Assembly: GCA_029261055.1 (NCBI GenBank)
Contig: JAJDCA010000075.1
Coordinates: forward strand, 77,573 to 141,572
Reading direction: 5' to 3'
DNA length: 64,000 nucleotides
DNA from: Candidatus Omnitrophota bacterium
GTDB taxonomy: Bacteria; Omnitrophota; Gorgyraeia; Zapsychrales; Zapsychraceae
Position numbers and translations under genes: made by a program. The notes under the pieces are model-generated. The model was given only the letters and a program-made list of their open reading frames with translations, was not told where the DNA came from and searched no databases. How positions within the stretch are numbered: position 1 is the first letter of the stretch; the number at the start of each line of letters is the position of its first letter. Positions 12,001 to 27,000 of this stretch are shown piece after piece.

Positions 12001-15000
12001 TATTAGTAAGAGTTATCAATGTGTTGATATTTGGTATCAATTTTGTTGTTGGTTATATTTGGGGCATGTTCCCTCGTATTAGAATATCGCTGAATGTAAT
12101 ATTGGCATCCAGTAAAATTCTCATTAACAAAGGGAATGTCATTTATGGAGGTTTATATGAAGATGTTTCGGAGGGAGGTTCACCCAAAGAATATTTTGAA
12201 GCCGTGGGGCTGGGGAGTTATGTAGGTATTCAGTATTTACGTAATTCTGTATTGGAAGGAGAAGAATTTGGATTTCATGCCTTTACCATAGTCCGTAAAG
12301 TGAGTAGTCGATTTTTTACGTTAACGTGGCCTTTTCTTGCCTTGCTCTTTGCTTCTTCGACCCAAAGTTTTTGGGAAAAAATAATATCTCAAGATTTTTG
12401 GGGAAAAATAGAGCTCACGGATTTAGCGATATCGTATGGCATGTCTATAGGATTCTTTTGGCTGACATTAATACGAAAAAATTTAAAGTATCAATTCTTA
12501 AAAGGGAGATTTAGGAGAATTATTCGAAATAAATGGGTGTGGCTTCATGGATTAAAAAATAGTCGTATTGAGGCTTTGCAGGCATTGAGGGCGGCTCGAG
12601 AGAGAGAAATGTCTGCCCCACAACCTAATGTCGATATGATTATTGTTGTTGTTGGCGACAGTAAGGATAACGAGAAGCAGGTCGCTTTTGAGAATATGTT
12701 TGCCGGTTCTGAAGGTACTATTTGGCGAAATGATGTCCCGGTATTGATCGTAAGAAATAATCCTGGTAAAGGAAGTGGAAATGCACTTTTAAAGATGGCA
12801 GAACTTTTTGAAAATATTCAATCTCCTGCACTACAGGTTATAGATGCCATGCAAGATGATCCTGATATAACAATGGTTAATAAGGGGGTTCAAGTGAACG
12901 CCCTTGATCATTTAACGGGTAAAAATATTGAAGATTTAAGTATTATTGTAGCTACCAATGGACACGATGTGGATCCAAGCAAAAAAGAGTTATTATTCCC
13001 CGGGCTGGAGCAAAAGCTCGCCACACTGGAATATCAACTATCTAATGGTTATCTGGGAGCGCAATATGATAAAGATAATGCGAAAAATGGGCTGATTTTT
13101 CTTGATGGTGAGGGTGTTTATTTAGGGCCTGTAGAGCGAAGAGGAGATATTACATTGCTTTCAGCCATGGTCAGTTTAAAGAAAGTTCGCAAAGGCTTAG
13201 CCTTTTTTCATAGTAATTCTGAGGACGATGAAGAAGGCATTAAAAATATTTATGATAAATTTGCATTTGATTTTGTTCGGGAAAATCATCCACTCCGATT
13301 TGAGTGGCATGAGTTAAAAAAAGAACAAGTTCCAGTTGTTACCGGTGTGAAGCTTGTGAGTTTTAAATTTTTGTCGCTGCTCAATGATTTGCAGGCCCAC
13401 TTAACACAGGTTGAAAATGGTGAGAAGGATTATGAAGACATTTTAGCCACTATTAAAGATGCGGATGTAAGGAAAAAACTCACGAAATACAGAAAAAAGA
13501 TTGCCGGCATAAGGAATTTACCGATACGGATTTCCGACATTATAACGCCTGTCTTGCGCATAAGTACCGGGGCAGATAAGAAGCTTATCAAGTACCTTGA
13601 GGTTTATTACGCCGGAATGAAGAAAAGTTTACGGAATTTAAAATATAAGAAAAGCCCAACGGAAAATGAAGATATCGTTACTTTTTATGCTGAATTGTTT
13701 AAGTTTTATCGGGAATGGTTTAAAGGTAGAAGGAGTCAACCTTTTAGCTTTTATTCTCCACAGGTTACGCATGACGAGGCATTTTATTTTAAGAGGTTCA
13801 AAGATGAATCTAAATACAAAGATGATTTAGATGAATTTAACTCCATAGTGGAGGAAGCTGAAAATAATAAAAAATCAAGGGGAGCAGTGAAAAAGGCCGC
13901 CGGTTTCTTATTAGCCGCTATTGGAATTGCATGGGCTATACTACCGGCCAAAACTTTCGGCGATGATCTTTTAAGTCCTATCGGTCAGGCGTTGGCAGAG
14001 ACCTCTTCCTTTTGGCAATGGGTGACGATGGCGATAGGTGTTGGCGTATTTGGTTTTTTCTTGAAAGAATCTAGTATTCTGGTCAGCCAAGAAAATAAAT
14101 TTTGGGAAGAAATGAACCGTCGGGATCATGACGAGACAGTTCGTGAAAGAAAGATTAAGTGGCGGTTTCATAACAGAGGGGATGAAATTCTCGACACCGT
14201 TAAAATGGTACATGAAACAACCATTCAGCGGGCTGTTCGGAGTCCCGGCTACATTGAAACATTGTCGATGACTTTATTCTGGAGCCGTCTGCTCGTAGGG
14301 TTCAATAAATTTCGGAATGACCGGGTCACCGGACGGGTCAGGGCGATTGATTATCTCGTCAAGAAAATACAGGAGAACTGGTATCATTTGCCTTTTGCCG
14401 GGGTTATGGCCGCATTAGCCGGGCCGATTGCGCATGCTAATGATATGTTTTCAGGGCAAATTGTTTCCGGGAAAAAGGTGGGGCAAGCACTTCTTGATGT
14501 GTCCATAGGAGATTTAAACGATGAGAAGGGTATTTTTTCCACTGCGATAACGGATAAAGCCGGCACGATGCACTTGCCGCCAAACGAGAAGGCGTATGTT
14601 CTATTGGCCTCTAAACAATTTCGTATTAAGAATCCGGACGGAACATTCCAACAGCCTTCGATTTTAAAAACGCCCAAAGAAAATTTGGAATTTATGCTGA
14701 AACAATTACAGTCAGAATCACCGGTGGGAGTTATTACGATGAAAGATGTCATTATTGCTATCCCGAGGGATGAACGTAATGACGAGCTTGCTTTAACCAT
14801 TGAGCGTCAGGGGGCTACCGTGTTGCGTTCAGACAAGTATTTAAATTCTGTGTCTGTGCAGGTTGTCCTGCGTGCGAAAGCAGTGCCTGAAGAGCAACGA
14901 ATCACGGCAGCCATGGGCGTATTTACGCTGGATGAGAATGGGTTGGCTGGAATTTTGGCGCAGGGTCAGGACGGAGTTCTTTCGGCAAGAGTTGTTCCGG

Positions 15001-18000
15001 AAAGTTTTAGAAATTCTATGTTGATTGAAAAGGACGGGTTTCGTAAGGCTGCCTTCACACGATCGGAGATACTAACTTTAGCTAATTTTGATATTTTCAG
15101 CCCTGATGAAGATAGTGATGCCGCCGCTAAAGAGTATTCTCGCAGCGATAAACTATTGGCTAACTCATGGATGAAAGAAGTGAAGGAGGCCAGAAAGAAA
15201 GATTTTAGTAAATATGAAAATACGTATGATCGAAAGAGACATGTGTATCAAGTTGCGCATGACTTTAAAATGGATGCACCTTCCTTTATGAACAAAACAC
15301 GGACCGCTATCAAAATATTAAACGATGGGACAACGTTAGCATCTTTGGGATTTATAACGACAAGAACTTGGGATCAGGAATTAACCGAACAGGATTTAGC
15401 TCCCCGTGTCGAAGGGGACAAAGGCAAGGTATTTATCCTTGGGATTATTAAGGATTATTCTGGGTTACAGCTTAACGAGAAACCCATTCCTGGTGTCAGA
15501 ATTAATCCACAAACTGGTGACGCGGTGGTGCATATTGTTTCGTTTTACGACTCAGGGCGTGTGACTATTAGTAGGGTGGTGTTTAAATTGCGCATAGGAC
15601 CTCTTAATCAGCAATTAAGTCTTGAAAAAGGCAATCCGTCAGAGGGGAAGGTCCGGTATGATTTGGCCGTGGTGTATGACCTGTTGGGGTATTACCGGGA
15701 AGCCATAGATCAAATCAAGAAAGGATTGAAAGTTCGTGGCGCTGAAAAAAATATTTATAAAAAATTGAGTGTATTGAAGATTAATACTAAAGGTTTGCGT
15801 GTGCTGGACGGCACAAAACATTGGTCCGGTGTTAAATCTGCCATAAGAGGTTTTAAAAAAGTGGCGAAAGCAATAAAAGACTTTAAAGAAAAGAATGGGC
15901 ATGATTTAGATTTGTCCCTTTATCCGAAGGACATGGTTCGACGATTATATGAATTTATGGGAGACGCGATTTACAGGAACGATCCATACAAGGCGGCACG
16001 GTTTTATCGGGAGGCCTTGAAAATGGCCCCGCATAATCTTGGCTTGTACAAAAAATATTATGACCAAATCTTAAAAGATTCTTTGGATAAGTATTTTGTC
16101 CTTTTGGAAGATTTCATGAAAAGAAACAAAAGAGATCCCGATGGTAAGGAAAAGTTAGACATGGTGTTGTTTCAGATTGGCATCAGGGTGGAAAATTTTA
16201 AGGGGTGGTTTCACCTTCAGGACAATTTAAGTGAGGGGGAATTAGAAAGGCTGGGCCACCGATTAATTCTCAAAACCGCTTTGGAGGACGAGCATCCGGA
16301 TTATCGGACATGGTGGTATTTATATATTGAACAATTATTGAAAGACCTTAATGAGATGAGTCAGGGTGATTTGGTCTCACGGTATGAGTCTTTCGGTATA
16401 ACCGATACTCTTGCACATAATGTGATTGTTTACCGGGAAAAATTAGATCAGGGACAAAAAATGCGCCTGTATCAACTTTCCGATATCAAACAGTGGCATA
16501 CAGGGGAAAATAAGGGCCTGATTGTAAATTTATTGTATCCAAAGACAGAATTCATTGAGCAATTATTTCATTTTAAACGCGGTAAATTAAATGAACTGGC
16601 TAATGAGTCTATTCCTTCGGAAACAACGAAAGGAAGTAATGAGCAAGCCGGCATTAAATCTTTCAGTACAGAAATAGAAGCAGGTCTGGTGGCCAAACAT
16701 GACTACGAATATCAAAGCAAAATTTTTTCTTTGGCGTGGGCGCACCGTGATCGGGCCGTTGAGCTTTTGGGTTATGGCGACAGCGTTGGGGCTGAACGAG
16801 AATATAATACCGCCATCAATCTGTTTAAAGGCAATCGGGTTTATTTTGAAGGGGTCTTTCCTATGGATGCGCAAACGGCTTTGGGACATATTTTTAATGA
16901 GATGTTCTGGATTTTTTCAAAAGAAAAATATAAAAAATTTGCCATAGATAGTTTTCAAGTCGTGATTGATAGAGAGTTATTTGATATTGATTATAGAAAG
17001 GGTTATCAAGCGGATAAAAAACTTCCGGGTTTTCAGGAAGAAAGAGTTCGAGATTTCGGAGAGCTGGGGCAATTATTTTCGATGGGAGATCGGTTTTATG
17101 CTTCTTATGCCAGGGAACAGTTGAAACGTTTAATGGACCCACAACAATACGATGCTTTAATTCAAGATGTAGAAAAATATATGATCTTACTTAAGAGGGC
17201 GCAAGAGCCAGAACAAAGCACACAAGATAATAAAGGAAATGAAAAGAAAAATTGGGATGATTTACGGGTGACGATTGAGAATATTTTTAAAGTCGCAGAA
17301 AAAAATCTACTGGATAAGGGCGCGGTGGGGTTTAAAATTCAAAAAGCGTTTAGAAAGGCAGAGTTAATAGAAGGCGTAGATGAGGAAAGTTTTTCAATCA
17401 AAGATTATTTAGGAAGCTTCACTTCAAAGGAAGATGCGACCAGTGCAGCAGAGACGTTAAATACTGAAAACAATGTCACCCAATATAATCCGTACGTCGC
17501 CGACTTCCTCATTTGGTTAGCCCAGGCATGGCAAGAGCATTGGGCGTCGCGAAAGGATTCTTCATCAGACGATTCCTCTAACGGTCGGACTATCTTGTCG
17601 ATCATTCTTTGGTTTGCCTTTCTTCCAACTCTCTTATTCACATGGGCCATGCAGGTAGCCGTTTCCTCTGGCGCTAATTTCTTTGGGCCAATCGGGAATG
17701 CTGTTGCCGAGCCGTCGTCTATAGGGACGGTAGGGACGTGGGTGGGGGCATTTTTAGGGATGATGGGGATTTTGGGGCGTATTTATATGACGGGTCAAAA
17801 TACGAATGCTCGTACAGAGGAAGAGAAAGAAATGCAAAGCCATTTTGATCCAGGGGCTGGGTTGGGGTTTTTAAAAAGTATGTTAGGGACAAAATTATTA
17901 TCCGTGAATCAAGCTTCTGATTCCGGTCAGGAAGCAGCTAAAGAAGAATCGGTTGAGCATAAAAGGTTTGCGCTTTTAATGTCGAGGCTTAGCGTGCATA

Positions 18001-21000
18001 TGTTGAAATTTATGGGCAAGGATTTAAAAGACAATACATCCGGCCTTTTTAGAGCCAGGGAGTTTATCGCTAAAGAGTTGCGTTTAGTTTGGCACCATTT
18101 CCCTTTTTCCGGTGTTATTGCAGTTTTGTCTCAGGAATTTGAAAAATTGAGAAATATGTATAGTGGCGAAGTTATGGTCGGCAGGGAAATGGGCGAAGGA
18201 CCTACTTTTGATGTTATTCCGGGGGATTTTGAAAAGAAAAAAGGTTTTATGGACGACAATGTATTGGGCACTCTTATTTCTATGGGCGTGACAGATGAAT
18301 ATGGTGTCAGGCATGTGCCTCCGAATATTGATGCGGAGGTGATTTTGTTGGGAGAAAAATTTAGGCATGCAAAAATTTCCATCAACAATACCCCTGCAGA
18401 AAATTTGGCTATTATGAAGCGATACATAAATAAAGACTACAAGGATTTACGCATAGCGGTTCCATTAGGCAAGAAATATGACAGGCTGGCGAAGGCCATT
18501 CGTCAAACAGGGGCTCAGGTCATACGTCTTGATGATGAATGGACCGGTCCTATATTTGCCTTGAGTGATTACGATCGTATCCCCGGAGAAAAACGCTTGG
18601 ATGCCATTATGGGGGTTAGGCCATTAAATCAGGCGGTGTTGTCAGCTATTCAAGTGATAACGATGGGCGGCCGGATACGTGCCAGAGTCGTGCCTAAAAA
18701 TATTTCAGCCAGACGCGTGGCGCATGAAATAAGTGACGACGATGTATTTTCTTATGAAGAAGTGATCCTGTTAGCTAAATTTAATATATTCAGACCGCAA
18801 AGATTTTATAGAAGAGGAACTATAACGGATGATGACGCTCGCGCATGGTTGCAAAGAATTGAAAAGGCAATAATTAATAGGGATGTGTCATCAAGGATGG
18901 GAAGAATTATCGGGAATAAAAGATATGCTTATCAAGTCGCGCATGACTTTCAGATGACATTGAGAGAGTTTGTGAGAAAAACTGAGATGGCGCTTATGCA
19001 AATAGGGAAAAAAGAAACATTCCAAACCCTTGGTTTTAAGGGGGCGGAAGACTGGGATAAAGAATGGACCGAAGAAGATTTGGCGCCGCAGCATAAAGAA
19101 GATCATGGCAAAGTATTTATCGTCGGGATAATCAAAAATTTTAATTGGATGTATGCAGATATAGCAGATAAAACCCCTGTATTGGGCGTCCGCATTGATC
19201 ACAATACTGGGGTTGCCAAAATTAACGTCATTGTAGCCGGAGCTTCAGGGAAAATTGATATTGTCGAGACAACATACAAAACCGTCATCAGCACTGAGCG
19301 TGAGAAATTGGAAAAAATTAAAAGGGTAGGTAATAAAAAAGTAGAAGCAGCCATAGCGTTAAGCATGGGATTAGCCGAAGCTGGACATTTTGCCTTGGCT
19401 TTGAACAATCTGAAAGAAGCCTTGGAATGGGATGGAACAAGCCCCACACAAAAAAATGATTTAGAGCTTATGATATACAATATTCAAGGATTAAAGGCAC
19501 TCACAGAAACCCCAAAGTTAGAGGATATAGAAACAGCGGTTATTCCTCAATTTAAAAAATCCCAGGAGAAAGCGGGGGCAAACGATACGTATCGTCTTGG
19601 CCATATGCTCAGGAGAGTGTATGAATACTTAGGAGATGCGTATAAAAATCAAAAGAAATATTCTACGGCCATTAAGTATTATCATAAGGCTTTAAATCAA
19701 AATCATCAGGATAGTTTTCTTTATAATAAATTGTTTAAACAGGTGATGGAGAAAACCATCGCACGGTATAGAAGACAAATACAGCAAAGGATTAAGATAG
19801 CAGGAAGTTACGAGGGACTAAAATCCTTTAAAGTAAGGATAGTATTTAAAACGCGTTTTAAATCAAGGCATCTTAAGCATAAAGAAGATCCGAATAGAAT
19901 GTTACGTCAATTTTTACTGCGGGCGATTTTGAAAGAAGAGAAAAAATATTATCATACACTTTTAATACGTTATTGGGATCAGCTGCAACGGGACATTAAT
20001 CAACTTTCGGGAGATGCTTTAGTACGTCGTTACGGGGAATTGGGTATGGATGCAAATAAGGTTAGGTTTTTGACGGCATACAAGAAAGGGGAGTGGTATC
20101 ACTGGCTAATATTTTGGAAGAAGAATCGGATGAGAGCCATAGGGCTTTATCAGATAGATAAGGTCAAGAGATGGGATTATGGTTTTATTACGCGGTTAAT
20201 GCTTCCGGGTAAAGAGGTTATTGAAAAGTTATTTAATATCAGAGGTGGGCTGGCCAATGAATCAGAAAGAGAAGATATCCCTTCAGTGGAGGATCCGGTT
20301 GCTATGTTAGGCATGCGTCTTAAATTTTCCAGAGAAGAGCAACGGGAAGGTATTGTGAGAATGGATATAGGAAGGAATTATCAAAGGGAGGCTTTTTCCT
20401 TGGCGATGACGTTCCGGGATATAGGGGCCGAGTTATTTAGTGATGGACAGAAAAAAGGGGCTGAAAAAAATTATCGTCAGGCAACGGAGATACTTGAAAA
20501 AAATAGAGAACATTTTGAAGCGATATTTACTTTGACCGCTCAATTAAGACTGGCTGAAATCTATGAAGAAATGGAACAATTTTTTCCGGATCAAGGATAT
20601 TTAGACAGAGCGATCCTGGCCTATGAAATTATGACGGATAAAGAAAAATTTTATGAGGCGTATAAATATTTTAATGGGAAAGAGCGGAACCGACGAGATT
20701 TTGAAGGGATTATAGAATTTTATGGAAAAGAATTAATCAGGCGGGCCCAAGAACGGTTAAATCAATTACAGCCCTCCGAAGAGAAATCAAAAAAGAAGGA
20801 TAAGAAAGATGAAATACTTCGTACGATATCTTTATTGGGGCAGGCTCATATTCAGGCGGATCATTTAACAGAAGCAGAATTAACGAAAGCAAATACAAAG
20901 ATAGAATCTCTTGTTCAAAAAGGACGTGAATCGGAGCATATACAGACTACGGTTATTATTACCAGAGAAAATGAACATAGTAAATTTGTGAGGGCTGGCC

Positions 21001-24000
21001 TGAATTTTTTAAGGATTATTCAAGATGAGGATCTGTGGAAGGATGAAGGTATTCATATTTTTAGCGACGCCATCATCAAAGCTTATCAATTAGATGAAAA
21101 TGAAATTATTCTTTTTAATAGGTTGGTTAATATTAAAGCAGAAGTGAACGAGAAGGATAATTTGGACAGTGCTGAAGCTCATCAACACAAATCCCCCATA
21201 CCCAAAGTCATCTTAATGGGGCTGTTTGGTGTGCCGGGGGGGATTCTTACGTTTTTATTCGCTTCGCCATGGGTGGGGCCAGTTCTTTTGGTTTTGGCGG
21301 CGGTGTTCGGAATAGTAATACTGGCGGATATTATTGCATTTGGATGGATGATGTGGCGCGGGGCTGGGATAAGAAAAAGTACATTTTTTGAAAAAGTAGG
21401 ATTGGCTCAGCGAAGAGGAATGCTCCCCGCTGATTTATCCATAGACAAAATAAAAATTTCTAAGGACGGACGTTTAGGTTTATGGCAAAGCGCAGCATAT
21501 ATAGACGGCATTATCTATGTGCGGAGGGAGGCGGCGTATTCGCTTAATGCATTAGTTCGTCTGCTTCGGCATGAGATATATCATATGAATCAGAATGGTC
21601 TTGATCCACCTGTCCCTGTTGCTAACGTCCTGCTGCGAACTCCTTATCTTGCTGTGTATTATCTTTTTTCTTTCCTTTATTATTTATACCACGAACTATC
21701 CGCTGAGCTTTCCGAAAGGGCACCGGAACACCGCAGCCGTCATACAGAAAAAACACGGGAGATTTTTAAGAAAATAAATTTCCCCCACCTCAAGACTCAA
21801 CAGAAAAAAGATATTAGAAGGCTTATTAATGATTTGACCGAGTTTGGCCTTGACCAAGAAATCATTCAAGATATTGCGGATGTCTTGAGTATTGTTGATA
21901 AAAAATATACGTATACACCCGTTCGGCGTACTTTTGATGAAGCACAAAAAGTAGTTCAAGAATGGCATAAGAGACACGTTAATTTTGATGAAGTTCCTGA
22001 TGAGGCTGTTTTGGTTGGTGTGCTCCTTTATGATATCGGAAGAATTTTTATTCCCCACAAGATACTTTACAAAAAAGGATTACTTACACCGAAAGAAAAA
22101 GAAATCTTTAATAAAAAATTACAGTTAGGGACAAAATTTCTCGGCCTTATTCCGGGAATGAAAGACGTAACGGAAATTATTTTGTATCATTCGAAAGAAT
22201 ATTTTGGTGGAAGCGAATATTCCCAGGGCTTAGAAGGAAAATCTGCTCCCCTTGGCGCACGCATTGCCGCGGTGTTTGATGCTGTCGATGCTATGACATC
22301 AAACCTACCTTATCGTAAAAAGATATCCCGAGAAGAAGCGGTCATTGAGTTAGATAAACATAAAGAGTATCAGTTTGATTCGGATGTGGTGGATGCCTTT
22401 CTATCTGTTTATTCAGCAAACCGTCAGCCGTCAGGTTTACAACAAACAGAAAAAAATGTACGTATGCAACAAGATAGGGGTGACCTAAACACAGATGCAT
22501 TGTCCAGAATATTTAGAAGTATTTTGGAGAAAGTTGGAGAGCTCAAAGAAAAATTATACACTGACAAATTGACAGGCCTTAAGAATGTTGAATTTTATGA
22601 AGAAAATATTGCTTCAATTATTCGCAGTGCTCATGAGGCAAAACAACCACTTGCCGTGATCATGCTGGATATTGATCATTTTGGAAATGTTAATAATCAT
22701 TATGGACATGATGCAGGTGATCTTGTTTTAAAGAACGCTACCCACATTATTTCCCATGCCCTGCGCGATGATGATGATATTTTTAAAGTTATACGCAAAG
22801 GCGGCGAAGAAATTTATATTATTCTTCCGGGAGTAACGGAAGAAAATGCCATAAAAATTGCCGAAAGGATAAAAGAATTTCTGTCTTGGATTAGTCGAGA
22901 AGATGGCGAACGACTTACAGATCGTACTGCCGTTGATAGCGAAGGTCGCAGATTAACGCTTACCGTCAGCCAAGGTATTGAGGTATATACCCCTGATTCT
23001 TCTAAAGAATTTCTTTCGGATGATGATGTACAGCAAATAAAAACCGACTTGGGAAAACACTCTGATGCCGCATTGTATATCATCAAGGAAAATGGACGGA
23101 ATGGGTATAGGGTGTATCAGCCAGGGGATGAGGTAAAGGCTGAGGAACAATCTTCCGCTGGGAATAAGGGGACTAGTGCTTTGGCTGAAGAACCTCAGAA
23201 TTTGAGGGATCATATAAAAGAAAAGCATGCGGATCTTAGTGAACATGGAATTGTGGCTTTCGAGACGGATAAAGTTGAGAACGAAGTATCTTTTAATGCG
23301 GATGGTGCGGAATTGGTAAAGCGTCTTGAAGTAGAGAAGGGTATTACATTTAAGGAACAGGTGATTAAACTTAAAGATAAAAAAGGAAATAAGAATGGAA
23401 AAATACTTAAGGTGACTATTCCAGTTAATGCGCACCTTTCAGAGAATGCGCTTATGGCTCTTTTGCAAACGGCTCTGGCCGTGGCAGACCTACGCGATCT
23501 TCCTGATGACAAACCGTATTATCTTATTCCCGCCGCTTACATCCTTTCCCCAGATAATCAAGACAGTTCTTCTTCCCATCTCGCTGGTGTATATCCTAAT
23601 GCACGCTTGGTTTTTCTTTCTAATGAAATTCTTTACGGGGCATCTCAAAATAACGACGGGCCACCCGCATTTGTTACTCTGTTAAACGCACAATTTACAG
23701 GAACGCTTATGATTCGTAAAGGTGGAAAGAAGGTTAAGGTTGAGCCAGAAGAAATTGGTTTGGGTGATTTCTTTTTACGTCTTATTATCCGGCATGAGTT
23801 TAGACATATTGCCTATCCGAATCTTAGCGAAGAAGATTTGATGGCCTTTGATGCTTTTGACTTAATTACTTTTGCTCGGAGTATTAATGTGAAGGATAAA
23901 GAAATTGTCAAGAAAGTTGCCAGTGCACTTTTAGCGGAGAAAGTTATTAGTCAGGATTTTTACAATGCGATTGTAGGTTCAAATATATTACTAATTTACA

Positions 24001-27000
24001 AAAATGATAAATATCAGAAGCTTATTAAACATACGGTTTCAAAAAAAGATTTTGTTGCCCTTGATGGTGTAAAGATACAGGAACGCCTAGGAGGAACAGG
24101 ATCTCTGTTTATTGGTTATCCACGAGAATGGATACGATTAGTTAAATATCCTTTTGCTCCAATTAATTTTGATGTGGAATATGGATTTGTTACAAAAGTG
24201 CGCCTCCTTGATAGTTTGGGGTATGTATTTAAGGAAGAAATATTATTACGGAAAGAATCGGCAAATGGAAGCTTCTTGGGGACAATAGCTTCCCGAATAA
24301 ATAAAGATGAGTTCTTTAAATTTGATAAAGTGTGGATTAGAGGTAAAGTTTTAAGTGCTATGGGCATTTTAAGAGTTGGAAGAAAGGATCCTTGGATGTA
24401 TTTAGGTGCTAATTATGATGGTTATCCCGTAGACTTTTATGTTGAACAGGGGATGGTAACTAGAATCCATATTTTTGATGAGGAGGGAAAGCATGTAATA
24501 AAAAAATTGGAAGCAGCACGCGTATATGACTCCTACGGCCAGTTCATTAATGTCATATTTGGCGATATAACTCCTGCTGCGTTGGCAAAATTAGATGGAG
24601 TCATTATCAAAGATGTGCCTCTTCAAGAAAATGGCGACCTTATTTTCGGAACTATCAACTGGACTAGTTTTGAAAATTATCCAGGGGGTAAGGCAGATAT
24701 CCGGATTGTTAAAGGTAAGGTTGTTTTTGCTAAAATCGTGGAAGACGGTTGTTGTCAACGGGTGAACACTCGTGCTGGAGAAGGTTTTGGACAGACCCGA
24801 AGGAAAATATTATTAAAAGGCGAGCTGGCTCTACAGGAGCACATTGAGGTTTCTTTGAAGTCGGCAGGTATTTTAGATGCGCAGGCTGGGGATATTGCAC
24901 AAGTACTGGTGCGGCTTAAAGAAAATTCATTAGCCATACTCGTTAAGGATGGTCTACTTTCCAAAGAAGACGCCGATGCCTTAAGAGCATCTCGGTATCA
25001 AGCATCGGATGTTCAGGCCAATCTCGCGCATAGCTTACTTTTGCAGGCGTCGACCTATCAAAACTATGGCCTCTCACGTGGTCTGATTGATTTTCTTCTT
25101 CAGCCTATGTGGGCCTTATTGGACATAAATGCTCTTGACTATGATCTTAAGAAGAAGCTTGAAGCGTTCATACCTGAAAATAATCAAGATATAGGGACCC
25201 TTCTTTCCGAGGATCAAAATACTCTGGCAAAGAAATTAATTGAGTATATGGAGCTCTTCACACATATTCCGGTAAAGGAACCAAGAAATAAGATTCTTCC
25301 CCAGTCCAGGATAGACACTCTGCTCGCGCCGTTATTGGATCAGATGGATATTAATCAGATAGATAATAGAATTTATCAAGAAATCCGTACATATGAAGGT
25401 CGGGGATATTCGCTTGTCATGGACGGGCGGCTTAGATCATCTTCTAAAGAGCCTCTGAATGCGCAACGACTTGGGCATAAATTTCAGGAGCAAATACGCT
25501 TGTTTAAAGATCATGGCCTTCATGAGAAATTGATTGCATTTTTGTTTCAAACCCATCTTTTTCCGTGGGAGACCATCGCACGTTTTCTGCGGACTTACAG
25601 GCTCTTTAAAGATGTCACCAGAATTTGGGAAGCCTTGAGTTCTGATAATGTTGAAGCTCATATTAGAGAAGGGCTTAAAGATAGAGATGGTCAGCCAGGG
25701 ACTTTAGATAGAGAAAAACATCTCAAGAAATATGACCCAAATAAAACACCCGTTGCAGATTTAAATTCGCTTTTGGCAGATTTGAAATTCAGGAAAAATA
25801 TTTTAGACCTACTTCAGCAGGGCCCCGAATCCGTGGAATTTTCTTATGAGGTGGTTTATACGGATAATCAGATGCCCGTGGTGCAGTTTTATAAAAATAA
25901 CCTTCCGGATGATTTTAAGAATTTTGATTTTAATGAAATTACACAATTTATTTTTACAACACGTGCGCAAGGTCATGAATTATTTTTTGAGGTGACCGAA
26001 GTTATGGATGCTGGTAAATGGAAGGCTAAATTACGGAATGTTGGTCAGGGATCCATAGATTTACCCAACAAAGGCAAGCTGACCATAGTACCAGTTGCGG
26101 ATGTGAATACAGATCTTGAATCAAAAGCGGTTGATCAAATTATAGAAGATCAGAAAAATATTGATAAAGGAGATAAGCGCCCTGATAAATTTAGTCGACT
26201 TTTTGGATTGGCTCCACTCACACAGGACTCAAGGCCGACAACGGTTGAACATATTATGGATGAAAAGATTCCCTATCGTCTTAAACCGGGATCTATAGAT
26301 GAATATACAGGGGATCAGAGTCAGGAAACAGCCGTTCATTTAGCTTCGAATAATACAGAGGTAGTTTACATCGACGGGCCTGTCGGCACCGGGAAGACCA
26401 CGGTTATTGTAGAAATTATCCGTCAGGCTGTTTTGCAGGGCAAAAATGTCCTTCTGGTATCTCAAATGCATCGAGCTGTGGATAATGCTTTGTTAAAACT
26501 TTTAGAAGCCGATCCGGAAATTCCGGTTCTTCGCCTCGGAAAAGATCCATCACGTTTTGAGGAGGAATTCAAAAAGAAATTTTTAGATCAAGTTTGGCCG
26601 GGAGTTGTTGAAAAAGGACGAAACAATTCCGGAAGAGGAGATCCTCAAAGAGTGAAAAGAGTCCTGGATACGTTTGCTGAGAAACAAAAATCAGGAAAAG
26701 GATGGGTTATTGCTGCAAGCAGTACTGGTGTTGCGCTGGACCATATGTTTCTTGGTCGTGGTGTTGATGAAAAAGTTGTTGATTTGTTTGTTATGGATGA
26801 AGGTAGTAAGGAGAGAACGACAGGCGGGTTTGTTCCTATGCGTTTTGTAAAGGACGATGGTAAAATAGTAGTTTTTGGTGATATTAAGCAGCTTCCTCCA
26901 CATCCTTTGAGTAACGCACAAGTCAAATATCTTAAAGCACAGGGCATATCAAAAAAAGATATGGATGTCTTTAATATGAGTATTCTGGAATGGTTATTGA

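Noticed and set aside
12630-13800. Possible fucokinase/pyrophosphorylase-like nucleotidyltransferase (NNPGKGSGNALL)
   Set aside because: A single weak motif is not enough to call.
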